Source: Alphaproteobacteria bacterium
GTDB taxonomy: Bacteria; Pseudomonadota; Alphaproteobacteria; GCA-2731375
Reading direction: 5' to 3'
Assembly: GCA_965232515.1 (NCBI GenBank)
Contig: CBDDPY010000002.1
Coordinates: 512,001 to 576,000, forward strand
Length of the DNA stretch: 64,000 nt
Below are positions 1-9,855 of the stretch, one piece after another. A model generated the notes under the pieces. It did no database searches and had not been told where the DNA came from. It saw only the letters and a list, made by a program, of their open reading frames with translations. Position 1 is the stretch's first letter; the number at the start of each line of letters is the position of its first letter. A program made the translations under genes and the position numbers.

Positions 1-207
1 GACAACCTCAATCCCGTCGGTCGGCTCTACTACGCGCTCTCGACCACGCTCTGCACGCCGAATTCGCTGTCCCAGAACGGTGGCGACGCGCTCGGCGCCC
101 AGGCCGGCGAGGCGCGCCTGACCGAGGTCATGCGCGAGGCCGGCTTCGGCCGCATCCGCAGGGTCGCCGAAACCGCCTTCAACATCGTGCTGGAAGTACG
201 TCCCTGA
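1..207 (+). CDS. Class I SAM-dependent methyltransferase (Rv2258c-like), C-terminal fragment cut by the window edge
   Basis: Frame 1 reads DNLNPVGRLYYALSTTLCTPNSLSQNGGDALGAQAGEARLTEVMREAGFGRIRRVAETAFNIVLEVRP, stop TGA 205-207; typical C-terminus of this family. Confidence 0.75.
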   Translation, partial: DNLNPVGRLYYALSTTLCTPNSLSQNGGDALGAQAGEARLTEVMREAGFGRIRRVAETAFNIVLEVRP

Positions 208-260
208 CCTTGCGAGATTAGCCTCGGAACCTATTTCGAGGCGTCGGCAAGGGGCGGGGT

Positions 261-752
261 ATGGCGTGGCGATTGCGGCGGGCGGCGGAAGCCGATCTCG
301 ACTGGTTGGTGGCGCAGGAACTGCGGCCGGAGAACGCGGCCTTCATCGGTCATTGGCCGCGCGATCAGCATCTGCGCAACTTGGCTGATCCCGACAAGTA
401 CTACGCGGTCGCCGAAGCCGAGAACGGCGGCCTGCTCGCGTTCGCGATCCTGGCCGGCCTGACCAATCCGGCACACAGCATCGAACTGCTTCGCGTGGCC
501 GTCGCCGACGCCGACCGCGGTCTCGGCAAGCCGCTGCTGCGCAAGCTCATCGACCTCGCTTTCAGGGACCTCGGCGCTAACCGCCTCTGGCTCGACGTCT
601 ACGACGACAACGAACGCGCCCGCCACGTCTACCGCACCGTCGGCTTCCAGGAGGAGGGTGTCCTGCGCGAGGCCACCTTGCGCGCCAATGGCGCGCTCGG
701 CTCCCTCGTCATCATGTCGATCCTCGCCCGTGAATACGAAGCTCAGCCGTAG
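261..752 (+). CDS. GNAT family N-acetyltransferase (RimJ/RimL-like)
   Basis: RGLGKPLL motif A, LWLDVYDDNERARHVYRTVGFQEEGVLRE. Confidence 0.9.
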   Translation: MAWRLRRAAEADLDWLVAQELRPENAAFIGHWPRDQHLRNLADPDKYYAVAEAENGGLLAFAILAGLTNPAHSIELLRVAVADADRGLGKPLLRKLIDLAFRDLGANRLWLDVYDDNERARHVYRTVGFQEEGVLREATLRANGALGSLVIMSILAREYEAQP

Positions 753-930
753 CTGAAGCACAACTGAAGATAATTCTTATAACTCACTGACATTCGGATA
801 TTTTTCGATCTGAATAATGGGGGCAGTCCTTATTATTGCGCCCGGCCGTTGCGGGCTGCAAAGTTCGGTTGCCTTTCCCGGCAGCCTGCTAGACTAGCCG
901 CAACATCCCCGTCCGCCACGAGGAGCCGCC

Positions 931-1584
931 ATGACCCTGCATGCCGACCTGTTCTGGTCGTTCCGTAGCCCATATTCCTATCTCGCCACCGGCCGCATCG
1001 TCCGGCTCGCCGCCGAATACGATCTCGAGGTCGCGGTGCGGCCGGTCTACCCGATCGCCGTGCGGGATCCCGACTTCTTCAAGGAGGTCAATCCGAAATG
1101 GGTCGCGTACCTGCAGAATGACGTGCGCCGCATCGCCGAGATGACCGGCACGCCCTTCGTCTGGCCATCGCCGGACCCCGTCATCATGGACATGGAAACG
1201 CTCGCCATCGCGCCCGAGCAGCCGCTCGCCCGCCGGCTCACCCGCCTCGGCGTCGAGGCCGCGGGGCAGGGCCGGGGCCTCGCCTTCATCGACGAGGTCT
1301 CGAGGCTGCTCTGGAATGGCGAGGTCAAGGGCTGGGACCAGGGCGACCATCTGGCCAAGGCGACGGCGCGGGCCGGCCTCGACCTCGCCGCCATGGAGGC
1401 CAAGATCGCCACCGACGTCGACGCCTACGAGGACGCCATCACGGCCAACGAGGAGGCGCTCGACGCCGCCGGCCATTGGGGCGTGCCGACCATGGTCTTC
1501 GAGGGCGAGCCCTTCTTCGGTCAGGACCGCCTGGATGTCTGCATTTGGCGCCTAAAGCAGCACGGCCTCGAACCGCGCCGATAG
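931..1584 (+). CDS. 2-hydroxychromene-2-carboxylate isomerase / kappa-class GST (DsbA family)
   Basis: FWSFRSPYSYLA N-terminal motif, GHWGVPTMVFEGEPFFGQDRL C-terminal motif; GAGGAG RBS. Confidence 0.9.
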   Translation: MTLHADLFWSFRSPYSYLATGRIVRLAAEYDLEVAVRPVYPIAVRDPDFFKEVNPKWVAYLQNDVRRIAEMTGTPFVWPSPDPVIMDMETLAIAPEQPLARRLTRLGVEAAGQGRGLAFIDEVSRLLWNGEVKGWDQGDHLAKATARAGLDLAAMEAKIATDVDAYEDAITANEEALDAAGHWGVPTMVFEGEPFFGQDRLDVCIWRLKQHGLEPRR

Positions 1585-1592
1585 ATCTCGAC

Positions 1593-1634
1593 TTCTGTGA
1601 TGCGGAAATAATTGCGTATGATGGAAAAATAATT
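1593..1634 (+). promoter_or_regulatory. Putative IclR-family operator(s) upstream of glcB
   Basis: Direct repeats TGATGCGGAAATAATT (1598-1613) and TGATGGAAAAATAATT (1619-1634), 21-bp period; core resembles GGAAATnATTTCC IclR-type boxes. Confidence 0.4.
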
Positions 1635-1696
1635 CTAGACCGGCATCGGCCGAAACGCCATATTCCGGTCCAGCAAGAAGCAGCGGAGGGCAAGAC

Positions 1697-3874
1697 ATGA
1701 CCGCGCGTATCGAAAAGAGTGGCTTGCAGGTCGCGACCGTTCTGCACGACCTGGTCGAGAACGAGATCACGCCAGACACGGGCATCGAGGCTGACGTGGT
1801 CTGGGCCGCTTTCGCGGACATCGTCAAGGATCTGGCGCCGAAAAACGCCGCGCTACTGCAGAAACGCGCGGATTTGCAGGCGAAGATCGACGCCTGGCAT
1901 CTGGAGCGCCGCGGCCAGCCCGTCGACCATGCCGCCTACAAGGCCTTCCTGACCGAGATCGGCTATCTCGTGCCCGAGGGCGGCGATTTCCAAATCGACC
2001 CGCCCAACAACGACCGCGAGATCACCGAGATCGCCGGGCCGCAGCTCGTCGTGCCGGTGATGAACGCGCGGTTCGCGCTGAACGCCGCCAACGCCCGGTG
2101 GGGCAGCCTTTACGACGCCCTCTATGGCACCGACGTCATTCCCGAAACCGACGGCGCCGAGAAGGGGACCAGCTACAACCCGGCCCGCGGCGCCAAGGTC
2201 GTGGCCTTCGCCGCCGACTTCCTGGATCAGGCCGCGCCGCTCGCATCCGGCAGCCATGCCGACGCCACGGCTTACCGCGTCGCCGACAAGCAACTGTCGG
2301 TGACTGTCGCTGGCGGCGAGACCGGCCTTGTTCGGCCGGAACAGTTTGCGGGCTATGCCGGCGACGGTAACGCGCCGTCATCGGTGCTGCTGGTCAACAA
2401 CAACCTGCATATCGAGATCCAGATCGACGCCAACCATCCGATCGGCCGCGACCACGCCGCCGGCGTCAAGGACGTGGTGCTGGAATCCGCCATCACCACG
2501 ATCCAGGACTGCGAGGACTCCGTCGCCGCCGTCGACGCCGAGGACAAGGTCGTGGTCTACCGCAACTGGCTCGGCCTGATGCGCGGCGACCTGGAAGACA
2601 CGTTCGAGAAGGGCGGGTCGATGATGACGCGGCGGCTGAACGCCGACCGTGAGTTCACGGCGCCCGACGGCGCGACGCTGACCCTGCCGGGGCGTAGTCT
2701 CCTGCTGGTCCGCAACGTCGGTCATCTGATGACGTCGGACGCCGTGCTCGCATCGGACGGCGCGGAAGTGCCGGAAGGCTTCCTCGACGCCATGCTGACC
2801 AGCCTCATCGCGCTGCACGACCTGAAGGGCTTGGGCCAGCATCGCAACAGCCGCGCCGGCAGCGTCTACATCGTCAAGCCGAAGATGCACGGGCCCGAGG
2901 AGGTCGCCTTCGCCGCCGAGCTGTTCGACCGCGTCGAAGACGCCCTCGGCCTCGCCCGCAACACGCTCAAGATCGGCGTCATGGACGAGGAGCGCCGCAC
3001 CACGGTCAACCTCAAGGAATGCATCCGCGCCGTCCGCGACCGCCTGTTCTTCATCAACACCGGCTTCCTCGACCGCACCGGCGACGAGATCCACACCAGC
3101 ATGGAGGCGGGCCCCTTCCTGCCCAAGGAGGCGATCAAGGCCCAGCCCTGGATCTCGGCCTACGAGGACTGGAGCGTCGATATCGGCCTCGAGACTGGCC
3201 TCCGCGGCCGGGCCCAGATCGGCAAGGGCATGTGGCCCAAGCCCGACGAGATGCAGCAGATGATGGAGGCGAAGCAGGGCCACCCGCAGGCCGGCGCCAA
3301 CTGCGCCTGGGTGCCGTCGCCGACGGCGGCCACGCTCCACGCCATCCACTATCACCGCGTCAACGTCGCCGCCCGCCAGGAGGAGCTGGCGTCGCGCGGC
3401 CGGGCCAGCCTCGACGACATCCTGTCGATCCCGCTGCTCGCCGGCGCCAACCTGTCGCCGGACCAAATCCAGTCCGAGATCGACAACAACGCGCAAGGCA
3501 TCCTCGGCTATGTCGTGCGCTGGATCGACCAGGGCGTCGGTTGCTCCAAGGTGCCGGATATCAACGATGTCGGCCTGATGGAGGACCGCGCCACCTGCCG
3601 CATCTCCAGCCAGCACGTCGCCAACTGGCTGCACCACGGCATCTGCGGCGAAGACCAGGTGCGCGAAGCCATGCAGCGCATGGCCGCCGTCGTCGACCGC
3701 CAGAACGCCGGCGACGCCGCCTACCGCGACATGGCCCCCGGCTTCGACGCCAGCATCGCCTTCCAGGCCGCCTGCGATTTGGTGTTCAAGGGCCGCGAGC
3801 AACCGAGCGGCTACACCGAGCCGATCCTGCATGCCCGCCGCAAAGAGGTCAAAGCGGCGGGGGGCGAGCTTTAG
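1697..3874 (+). CDS. glcB: Malate synthase G
   Basis: 725 aa; [87 protein letters not shown]. Confidence 0.98.
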   Translation: MTARIEKSGLQVATVLHDLVENEITPDTGIEADVVWAAFADIVKDLAPKNAALLQKRADLQAKIDAWHLERRGQPVDHAAYKAFLTEIGYLVPEGGDFQIDPPNNDREITEIAGPQLVVPVMNARFALNAANARWGSLYDALYGTDVIPETDGAEKGTSYNPARGAKVVAFAADFLDQAAPLASGSHADATAYRVADKQLSVTVAGGETGLVRPEQFAGYAGDGNAPSSVLLVNNNLHIEIQIDANHPIGRDHAAGVKDVVLESAITTIQDCEDSVAAVDAEDKVVVYRNWLGLMRGDLEDTFEKGGSMMTRRLNADREFTAPDGATLTLPGRSLLLVRNVGHLMTSDAVLASDGAEVPEGFLDAMLTSLIALHDLKGLGQHRNSRAGSVYIVKPKMHGPEEVAFAAELFDRVEDALGLARNTLKIGVMDEERRTTVNLKECIRAVRDRLFFINTGFLDRTGDEIHTSMEAGPFLPKEAIKAQPWISAYEDWSVDIGLETGLRGRAQIGKGMWPKPDEMQQMMEAKQGHPQAGANCAWVPSPTAATLHAIHYHRVNVAARQEELASRGRASLDDILSIPLLAGANLSPDQIQSEIDNNAQGILGYVVRWIDQGVGCSKVPDINDVGLMEDRATCRISSQHVANWLHHGICGEDQVREAMQRMAAVVDRQNAGDAAYRDMAPGFDASIAFQAACDLVFKGREQPSGYTEPILHARRKEVKAAGGEL

Positions 3875-3898
3875 AGCCCTTCGCTCACTGCACGACCG

Positions 3899-4579
3899 CT
3901 AACGGTCTGGATGCAGCACCACCTCGACCTCGGCGCGTTCGCGGCGGAGCGCGAGGGCGAGGCGGGCCGGCAGCATGCGGAACGTGGTGACGGTGAGGCG
4001 TTTGCCCGACTGCAGGCGGGTCGGATGCACTTCCAGATCGAGCACGAGGTCGAGGTCGCCGAACAGCGCATGCAACTGGTCTTGTTGCCGTGGGCCCAAT
4101 TCGTCCGGCTGGACCGGGCGCAGGCAGCGCAGCAGGCGGATGCCGCCGTCGAACTGCATGTCGACGGGATAGCGGTCCATCAGCGCATGGTCCCAGTCGC
4201 GCCATTTGGATCGCGATGAGCACCCGATCAGGTCGTCGTGGCCGCAATCGGGATAGGCCAGCCGATAGCCATGCGAAAAACCGAGAAACCTGTGATCGTC
4301 GTCCGGATCGGTCCAGACCGTCGTGCGTGTGTCCGTCTGCAGCCGTTGCAGCAGCACGGCATCGGGGCAATCGCCGCCCCGCCAGAGCGGGGCCGGCGCC
4401 GCGCCGTCCTGGCCGTCGATCAGCCGGTACAGCTTGCGCGTCGCGCGCAGATCCGGTTCCTGCACGCCGCGTTCCCAGCGGCTGACCGTGGTCGGACTGA
4501 CGCGCAGCGCGTCGGCCAGGTCTTCCTGGCTGATATGGTGCTGCCGGCGATAGCGCCGAATGTCGCGCGCCAGATCCAT
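3899..4579 (-). CDS. XRE/HTH_3 DNA-binding protein with an unassigned (possibly PAS-like) C-terminal domain
   Basis: MDLARDIRRYRRQHHISQEDLADALRVSPTTVSRWERGVQEPD HTH; start trimmed to ATG 4579. Confidence 0.75.
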   Translation of the reverse strand: MDLARDIRRYRRQHHISQEDLADALRVSPTTVSRWERGVQEPDLRATRKLYRLIDGQDGAAPAPLWRGGDCPDAVLLQRLQTDTRTTVWTDPDDDHRFLGFSHGYRLAYPDCGHDDLIGCSSRSKWRDWDHALMDRYPVDMQFDGGIRLLRCLRPVQPDELGPRQQDQLHALFGDLDLVLDLEVHPTRLQSGKRLTVTTFRMLPARLALALRRERAEVEVVLHPDR

Positions 4580-4805
4580 GGGCCCACACTGCGATCCACG
4601 ACCCGTCCGCGCCGGCAAACGACCAGTAAACGCCCTGGCGCGATCGGCGATCGTCCAATTAGGCTCGGATCATATACACCGATCGCCACCGAGCGATAGG
4701 GGGTTGCGGGGGCGCCGTTCGCCAAGACGGCGCCCTATCCCTTTTCAGGCCGGCATTTAGGCAATCGCGGCGCCGGCCGCGGAGCTCCGATCACTTCGGT
4801 TCGAA

Positions 4806-5807
4806 CTAGGTCAGCCGGTAGTGGTTCGGCGCGGCCCCCGGGGGGCGCTCATCGTCGGCGACGGGCGCTCGATTGGGAATCAACGAACGGTCGACGCTGG
4901 ACAGCACGTGCTGAACATCGGCCAGAATGTTGTCGTGATAACGGTGCGAGCTGTGCACCGAGACCTGGTTGCCGCCACGGTCCATCAGGCCGTTGGTCGA
5001 TGTTGAATTGGCGTAAGCCGCGGCATCGACGACCACTACATTGCCGGGCAGGTTGCCATAATCCTCGGCGCCGTGGCGTCCCAGCCGATTCCCGCCGAAG
5101 CGCTTCACGCTCGAGGCCTTGAGCGCCCGATCGTGCTTCGAGTAGTAGACATGAACGCGGCGCGAGAACTGCGCGATGTACTGGCCTTTGCCGCCGTGCT
5201 CGATGTCCGATGCGGCAAGGTCCGGCGCCAGCATGACCGTCTCGTTGAACATCAGGCGCCCGACCGGGGTGCCGATGTGATCGGACAGATACTCCATGCC
5301 CTTGCGCAGCAGATAGTTGCCCATCGAGTGGGCGATGCAGTAGGTGGTCGAAACGCAGTCGCGCTCATGCTTCGTCAGGAAGTCGTTTATGTCGCGCAGA
5401 AATCTGACGAACGCCGGTACGGAATCGCGAACCTCTTCGCGGTCGCTCAGGTACTTCTTGGTTTTGCCCGACGAAGGCCATGAAAAGCCGACGATGATCG
5501 GCTCGTACGGCATCAGGTTCTGCATGGCGTCGCGAAGGTCGACAATTTCGTCGATGCTGTCGTGCCAGTCGTTGTTGTAGCCGTGCAGATAGATGCCGAT
5601 CTTCGGCGTGTTGACGCCCGTGCTGCGGAGCCGCTTCAGTTCGGCCAGAACGGCGGCATCGAACCCGGCCTTGCCGTTACCCTTGAAACCGTCGCCCCGG
5701 CGGGGTCCGTCGTCGTAGTCGTAGAGATAGTCGAAACGATAGTTGGCCTGCTCGTCGTCGCCATAGCGGCCACCCTGAATACGGCGACTCGTCACCATGA
5801 ACAGCAT
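4806..5807 (-). CDS. Alpha/beta hydrolase, DUF900 family
   Basis: IYLHGYNN, FSWPSSG, AHSMGN nucleophile elbow, YYSKHDRAL, RLGRHG; GGAGG RBS. Confidence 0.85.
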   Translation of the reverse strand: MLFMVTSRRIQGGRYGDDEQANYRFDYLYDYDDGPRRGDGFKGNGKAGFDAAVLAELKRLRSTGVNTPKIGIYLHGYNNDWHDSIDEIVDLRDAMQNLMPYEPIIVGFSWPSSGKTKKYLSDREEVRDSVPAFVRFLRDINDFLTKHERDCVSTTYCIAHSMGNYLLRKGMEYLSDHIGTPVGRLMFNETVMLAPDLAASDIEHGGKGQYIAQFSRRVHVYYSKHDRALKASSVKRFGGNRLGRHGAEDYGNLPGNVVVVDAAAYANSTSTNGLMDRGGNQVSVHSSHRYHDNILADVQHVLSSVDRSLIPNRAPVADDERPPGAAPNHYRLT

Positions 5808-5870
5808 CTGTCGCCTCCTGGTATCTGGGCTATCCCCGCCAGGATGCGACTAAATCGTGCAAGCGCAAAA

Positions 5871-7034
5871 CTAATTCAACGCATACGACAGATCCGCGAG
5901 TAGGTCGTCGATGTCCTCGATGCCGACCGACAGCCGGACCAGGCTGTCGGAGATGCCGAGTTCGGCGCGGATCTCGGGCGGGATCGAGGCGTGCGTCATG
6001 ATCGCCGGATGCTCGATCAGGCTCTCGACGCCGCCCAGGCTTTCGGCCAGCGCGAACAGCTCGGTGCGCTCCAGGAACCGCCGGCTTTCGGCCAAGCCGC
6101 CCTTCAGGATCGCCGTCACCATGCCGCCGAACACATCCATCTGACGTTTGGCCAGGTCATGCTGCGGGTGGCTTGGCAGGCCGGGGTAATGCACCGTCTC
6201 GACCTTGTCGTGCGCGTCGAGATACTCGGCGATGGCCTGCGCGTTCTCGCTGTGCCGCTCCATGCGGATGCCCAGCGTCTTCAGGCTGCGCATGGCGAGG
6301 AAGCTGTCGAACGGGCTGGCGACGCTGCCGACGGCGTTGTGCAGGTAGGCCATCTGCTCACGCAGCCTCGCGTCGTCGCGCACCACCACGACGCCGCCGA
6401 CGATGTCGGAATGGCCGTTGAGATACTTCGTCGTCGAATGCATGACGATGTCGAAGCCGTGGTCCAGCGGCCGCTGCACGTAGGGCGAGGCGAAGGTGTT
6501 GTCGGCGACTGTCAGGATGCCGCGCGGCTTGGCGGCCTCGGCGATGGCGGCGAAATCGACCAGGCGGAGCAGGGGATTGGTCGGCGACTCGGCCCAGATC
6601 ATCTTGGTGTTCGGTTGGATCGCCGCTTCCAACGCCGCTGGGTCCGACAGGTCGGCATAGCTGAATTCGAGGCCGGCCGACCGCTTCCGCACGTTCTCGA
6701 ACAGCCGGTAGGTGCCGCCGTACATATCGTCCATGGCGATCACGTGATCGCCTGAGTCCAGGAGCTCCAGAATGGTGCCCGAGCCCGCCAGGCCCGAGGC
6801 GAAGGCGTAACCCTGGGCGCCGTTCTCCAGATCCGCGACGCAGGCCTCGAAGGCCATGCGCGTCGGGTTCTGGCTGCGCGAATACTCATAGCCCTTGTGA
6901 ACGCCCGGGCTCTCCTGCACGTAGGTCGAGGTGGCGTAGATCGGCACCATGATCGCGCCCGTCGTCGGGTCCGGCTGCTGCCCCGCATGAATGGCCCGCG
7001 TCGCGAAACCCTGGCGGTTCGGTTTTCTGGTCAT
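5871..7034 (-). CDS. metB: Cystathionine gamma-lyase/gamma-synthase (Cys/Met metabolism PLP enzyme)
   Basis: FATRAIHAGQ, YEYSRSQNPTR, ESPTNPLL, HSTTKYLNGHSD (PLP Lys), LAESLGGVESLIEHPAIMTH; start trimmed to MTRKPN at 7034. Adjacency to CBS favours a gamma-lyase role. Confidence 0.92.
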   Translation of the reverse strand: MTRKPNRQGFATRAIHAGQQPDPTTGAIMVPIYATSTYVQESPGVHKGYEYSRSQNPTRMAFEACVADLENGAQGYAFASGLAGSGTILELLDSGDHVIAMDDMYGGTYRLFENVRKRSAGLEFSYADLSDPAALEAAIQPNTKMIWAESPTNPLLRLVDFAAIAEAAKPRGILTVADNTFASPYVQRPLDHGFDIVMHSTTKYLNGHSDIVGGVVVVRDDARLREQMAYLHNAVGSVASPFDSFLAMRSLKTLGIRMERHSENAQAIAEYLDAHDKVETVHYPGLPSHPQHDLAKRQMDVFGGMVTAILKGGLAESRRFLERTELFALAESLGGVESLIEHPAIMTHASIPPEIRAELGISDSLVRLSVGIEDIDDLLADLSYALN

Positions 7035-7068
7035 CTGGTTTCCGTCTTTCTCATCCGTGCCACTTGCA

Positions 7069-7193
7069 GCCCTCACCCCAACCCTCTCCCGCAAGCGGGA
7101 GAGGGGGTCGCGACGGCTGTGGTTTGGTTGCCCCTCTCCCGCCTGCGGGAGAGGGAGGGGCCCGCGAGCGTCAGCTCGTGGGAGGGTGAGGGC
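7069..7193. repeat. Palindromic intergenic element, family A, copy 1
   Basis: GCCCTCACCC...GGGTGAGGGC terminal inverted repeats enclosing two CCCTCTCCCGC-N2-GCGGGAGAGGG hairpins; similar copies at 11647 and 16160. Confidence 0.92.
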
Positions 7194-7216
7194 CGCATCA
7201 TGCGAAGACGTCGGCG

Positions 7217-8599
7217 CTAGGCCGCCCCCAACCGCAAGTAATTGATCAGGTCGACCTTGGTGATCAGCCCGAGAAACTCATCGCCGTCGACGACGATTGC
7301 CACCAGGTCGGCGCGGAAGATCGGCAGCAGCGCGTCGATCGGCGCGGTCGGCGCGATTACCTCCAGCTTCGCGGTCATCGAGTCCGCCACTGGCGCGCCG
7401 AACCGTTCCGGATGGTGGAAGGTCGCCAGCAGCAGGTCCGACTCGTCGATGATGCCGACGATGCGCCCGTCGTCCAGCACCGGCAGCTGCGACACGTCGT
7501 AGAGGCGCATGCGCGTATAGGCCGTGCTCAGCGGCTCCTGCGGGCCGACCGTGACCACGGCGTGGTCCGTCGCGCGGCGCATGATCAGGTCGCGCAGGTC
7601 GCCGAAGCGTTCCCGCTCGATGAAGCCCTCGGTGATCATCCAGTAGTCGTTGTACATCTTCGACAGATACTTGTTGCCGCTGTCGCAGACGAAGGTGACC
7701 ACCCGCTTTGACTCCGTCTGCTGCCGGCACCAGCGCAAGGCGGCCGTAATCAACGTGCCGGACGACGAGCCGGCGAGGATGCCTTCCAGCCGCAGCAGCT
7801 CGCGCGCCGTCGCCAGGGCATCCTTGTCGCTGACGACGATGGCGTCGGCCACCAGGTCGAGGTCAAGGTTCGGCGGCACGAAATCCTCGCCGATACCTTC
7901 CACGACCCAGGATCCGACGTCGGTCGGCATGGTGCCGGTCTTCACCGTCTCGGCCAGCACCGAGCCCTCGGGATCCGCCAGGATCATCCGCACATCAGGC
8001 GCCACGGATTTGAAGAACCGGCCGAGGCCGCTGATCGTGCCGCCCGAGCCGACACCGCAAACGACGGCGTCGACGTTTTCGTCCATCTGCCGCCAGATCT
8101 CCGGCCCGGTGCCGGTCTCGTGCGCCTTCGGGTTGGCCGGGTTCGAGAACTGGTCGACCCAGAGGGCGTTCGGGATTTCGCGCTGCAGCCGTTCGGCCAT
8201 GTCCTGGTAATAGTCCGGGTGCCCCTTGCCCACGTCGGAGCGCGTCAACACCACCTCGGCGCCGAGCGCGCGCAGGTGATAGATCTTCTCCTGGCTCATC
8301 TTGTCCGGCACGATCAGCACCAGCCGATAGCCCTTCTGCGCCGCGACCAGCGCCAGGCCCAGGCCCGTATTGCCCGCCGTCGCCTCGATCAGCGTCCCGC
8401 CAGGCTGGATCCTGCCCTCGGCTTCCGCCGCCTCGATCATCGACAGGCCGATCCGGTCCTTGATCGAGCCGCCCGGGTTCTGGTTTTCCAGCTTCACGAA
8501 CAGCTGGCACGGGCCGGTGTCGAACTTGGTCAGCTCCAGCATCGGCGTATTGCCGATCATCTCCAGCACCGAGCGTTTCGGCATCGTCATCTCAGCCAT
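7217..8599 (-). CDS. cbs: Cystathionine beta-synthase with C-terminal CBS domain pair
   Basis: KLENQNPGGSIKDRIG (PLP Lys), EATAGNTGLG, GVGSGGT, DSGNKYLSKMYND, then CBS pair (SQLPVLDDGRIVGIIDESDL; GLITKVDL). Confidence 0.95.
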   Translation of the reverse strand: MAEMTMPKRSVLEMIGNTPMLELTKFDTGPCQLFVKLENQNPGGSIKDRIGLSMIEAAEAEGRIQPGGTLIEATAGNTGLGLALVAAQKGYRLVLIVPDKMSQEKIYHLRALGAEVVLTRSDVGKGHPDYYQDMAERLQREIPNALWVDQFSNPANPKAHETGTGPEIWRQMDENVDAVVCGVGSGGTISGLGRFFKSVAPDVRMILADPEGSVLAETVKTGTMPTDVGSWVVEGIGEDFVPPNLDLDLVADAIVVSDKDALATARELLRLEGILAGSSSGTLITAALRWCRQQTESKRVVTFVCDSGNKYLSKMYNDYWMITEGFIERERFGDLRDLIMRRATDHAVVTVGPQEPLSTAYTRMRLYDVSQLPVLDDGRIVGIIDESDLLLATFHHPERFGAPVADSMTAKLEVIAPTAPIDALLPIFRADLVAIVVDGDEFLGLITKVDLINYLRLGAA

Positions 8600-8640
8600 C
8601 TATCCCTCGTTCCCGGCTCCCGCAAGAAAACGCCGACATG

Positions 8641-8740
8641 CTTCGAGACGCGGTCCTGCGGACCGCTCCTCAGCATGAGGTCATTACCCGCCGCCAACGC
8701 CGGCCTCACCCTGAGGAGCGCCGATGGCGCGTCTCGAAGG
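8641..8740. repeat. Palindromic REP-like doublet, family B
   Basis: CTTCGAGACGC...GCTCCTCAGCATGAGG (8641-8680) inverted against CCTCACCCTGAGGAGC...GCGTCTCGAAGG (8704-8740). Confidence 0.8.
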
Positions 8741-8784
8741 GTGCATTTCAGCCTAACGACAACCATTCGGACTCGATAGCCACC

Positions 8785-9171
8785 TCACCGGCGGCGGCTG
8801 ATCTCGATGCCGAGGTTGCTGACGTCATCGAAGATATCGGGTTTCTCGACCCGGACTTGAAGCGCCTCGACCTTGTCCTGGCGCAGACAGAATTCGGCGA
8901 TCATCTCGGCGAAGGTCTCCAGCAGGTGGATGTGCTCGCCGTTCGCCAGTGCCCGGATGCCTTCCAGCACCGCCTCGTAGTCGACGACGCCGCCCATGCG
9001 GTCCTCGCCGTCGTCGCCCCCGCGCCGCACCCACAGCGTCAGGCTGACCCGCACGCGCTGCGGCCGGTTGCGCTCGAAGGCATGCACGCCGATGCTGCAG
9101 GGCAGCTCCAGGTCGTGAATGAACAGCTTGTAGAGGCCCTGAGCCTGCGGATCGTCCATCTGGCCGGTCAT
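8785..9171 (-). CDS. folB: Dihydroneopterin aldolase
   Basis: LFIHDLELPCSIGVHAFERNRPQRV, VVDYE, HIHLLETFAE, VRVEKPD. Confidence 0.9.
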   Translation of the reverse strand: MTGQMDDPQAQGLYKLFIHDLELPCSIGVHAFERNRPQRVRVSLTLWVRRGGDDGEDRMGGVVDYEAVLEGIRALANGEHIHLLETFAEMIAEFCLRQDKVEALQVRVEKPDIFDDVSNLGIEISRRR

Positions 9172-9313
9172 GTCGGAAAGCGGATCCGCAACCTATCACG
9201 CGCGCGCCCGCTTGCAACCGGCGACGACAGCGCTGATCTAGTGACGTAATTGCCGCCATCCGATGGCTTGATCCGTTCGTACTACCTTGGAGGAAACAGC
9301 CGCGATGATCCTG

Positions 9314-9341
9314 CATGCCCGTGTCGGGCACGGGCATGACG
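9314..9341. repeat. Single REP-like hairpin (family C-like half element)
   Basis: CATGCCCGTG-TCGGG-CACGGGCATG perfect 10-bp stem ending in ATGACG, like the right arm of the 10416 element. Confidence 0.5.
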
Positions 9342-9457
9342 AAGGCGGGCGTCGTCTCGCCAATTCGTCATTGCCGGGCGCGAAGAGAACGAACGCAAGG
9401 TTGTTCGTGATGTGTGGCGGACTGTTAGACTGATTGGCAAGTAAGGGAGCAGCGGAG

Positions 9458-9847
9458 ATGACGACGCGCGGGGCGAAACAGATGCTGGCCGAGGCGAATG
9501 CGGCCGTGGAAACGATCGATGTCGAGACGGCGAAGGCCATGCACGGCGGCAACGGCAACGTCTTCGTCGATGTGCGCGAGGCCATCGAGCGCCAGCAGAC
9601 CGGGTCGGTCGCCGGCGCCATGCATGTTTCACGCGGCTTCCTCGAGTTCCAGGCCGATCCCGACATGCCGGGCTTCAATCCGGTCTTTGGCGAGGCTGCC
9701 CGGCTCGTGCTCTACTGCGCGTCTGGCGGCCGTTCGGCCTTGGCCGCCAAGACCTTGAAGGACATGGGCTACGACAATGTCTGCCACGTCGCCGGCGGCT
9801 TCAACGGCTGGCTGGAGGCGCGCGGTCCGGTCGAAGAGGCGAATTGA
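9458..9847 (+). CDS. Single-domain rhodanese-like sulfurtransferase
   Basis: FVDVRE, GAMHVSRGFLEF, LYCASGGRSALAA active loop, GGFNGW; ATG 9458. Confidence 0.9.
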   Translation: MTTRGAKQMLAEANAAVETIDVETAKAMHGGNGNVFVDVREAIERQQTGSVAGAMHVSRGFLEFQADPDMPGFNPVFGEAARLVLYCASGGRSALAAKTLKDMGYDNVCHVAGGFNGWLEARGPVEEAN

Positions 9848-9855
9848 GGGAGAAC

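Noticed and set aside
2378-3832. Long antisense and alternate-frame ORFs (also 16400-17764, 18107-19666, 35533-36816, 44236-45558, 56417-57847 and others)
   Set aside because: Shadow ORFs expected opposite genuine genes in high-GC DNA; no recognisable motifs
7035-7094. N-terminal extension of metB (MRERVGVRAA...)
   Set aside because: It is translation of the family A repeat; homology begins near MTRKPNRQGFATRAIH
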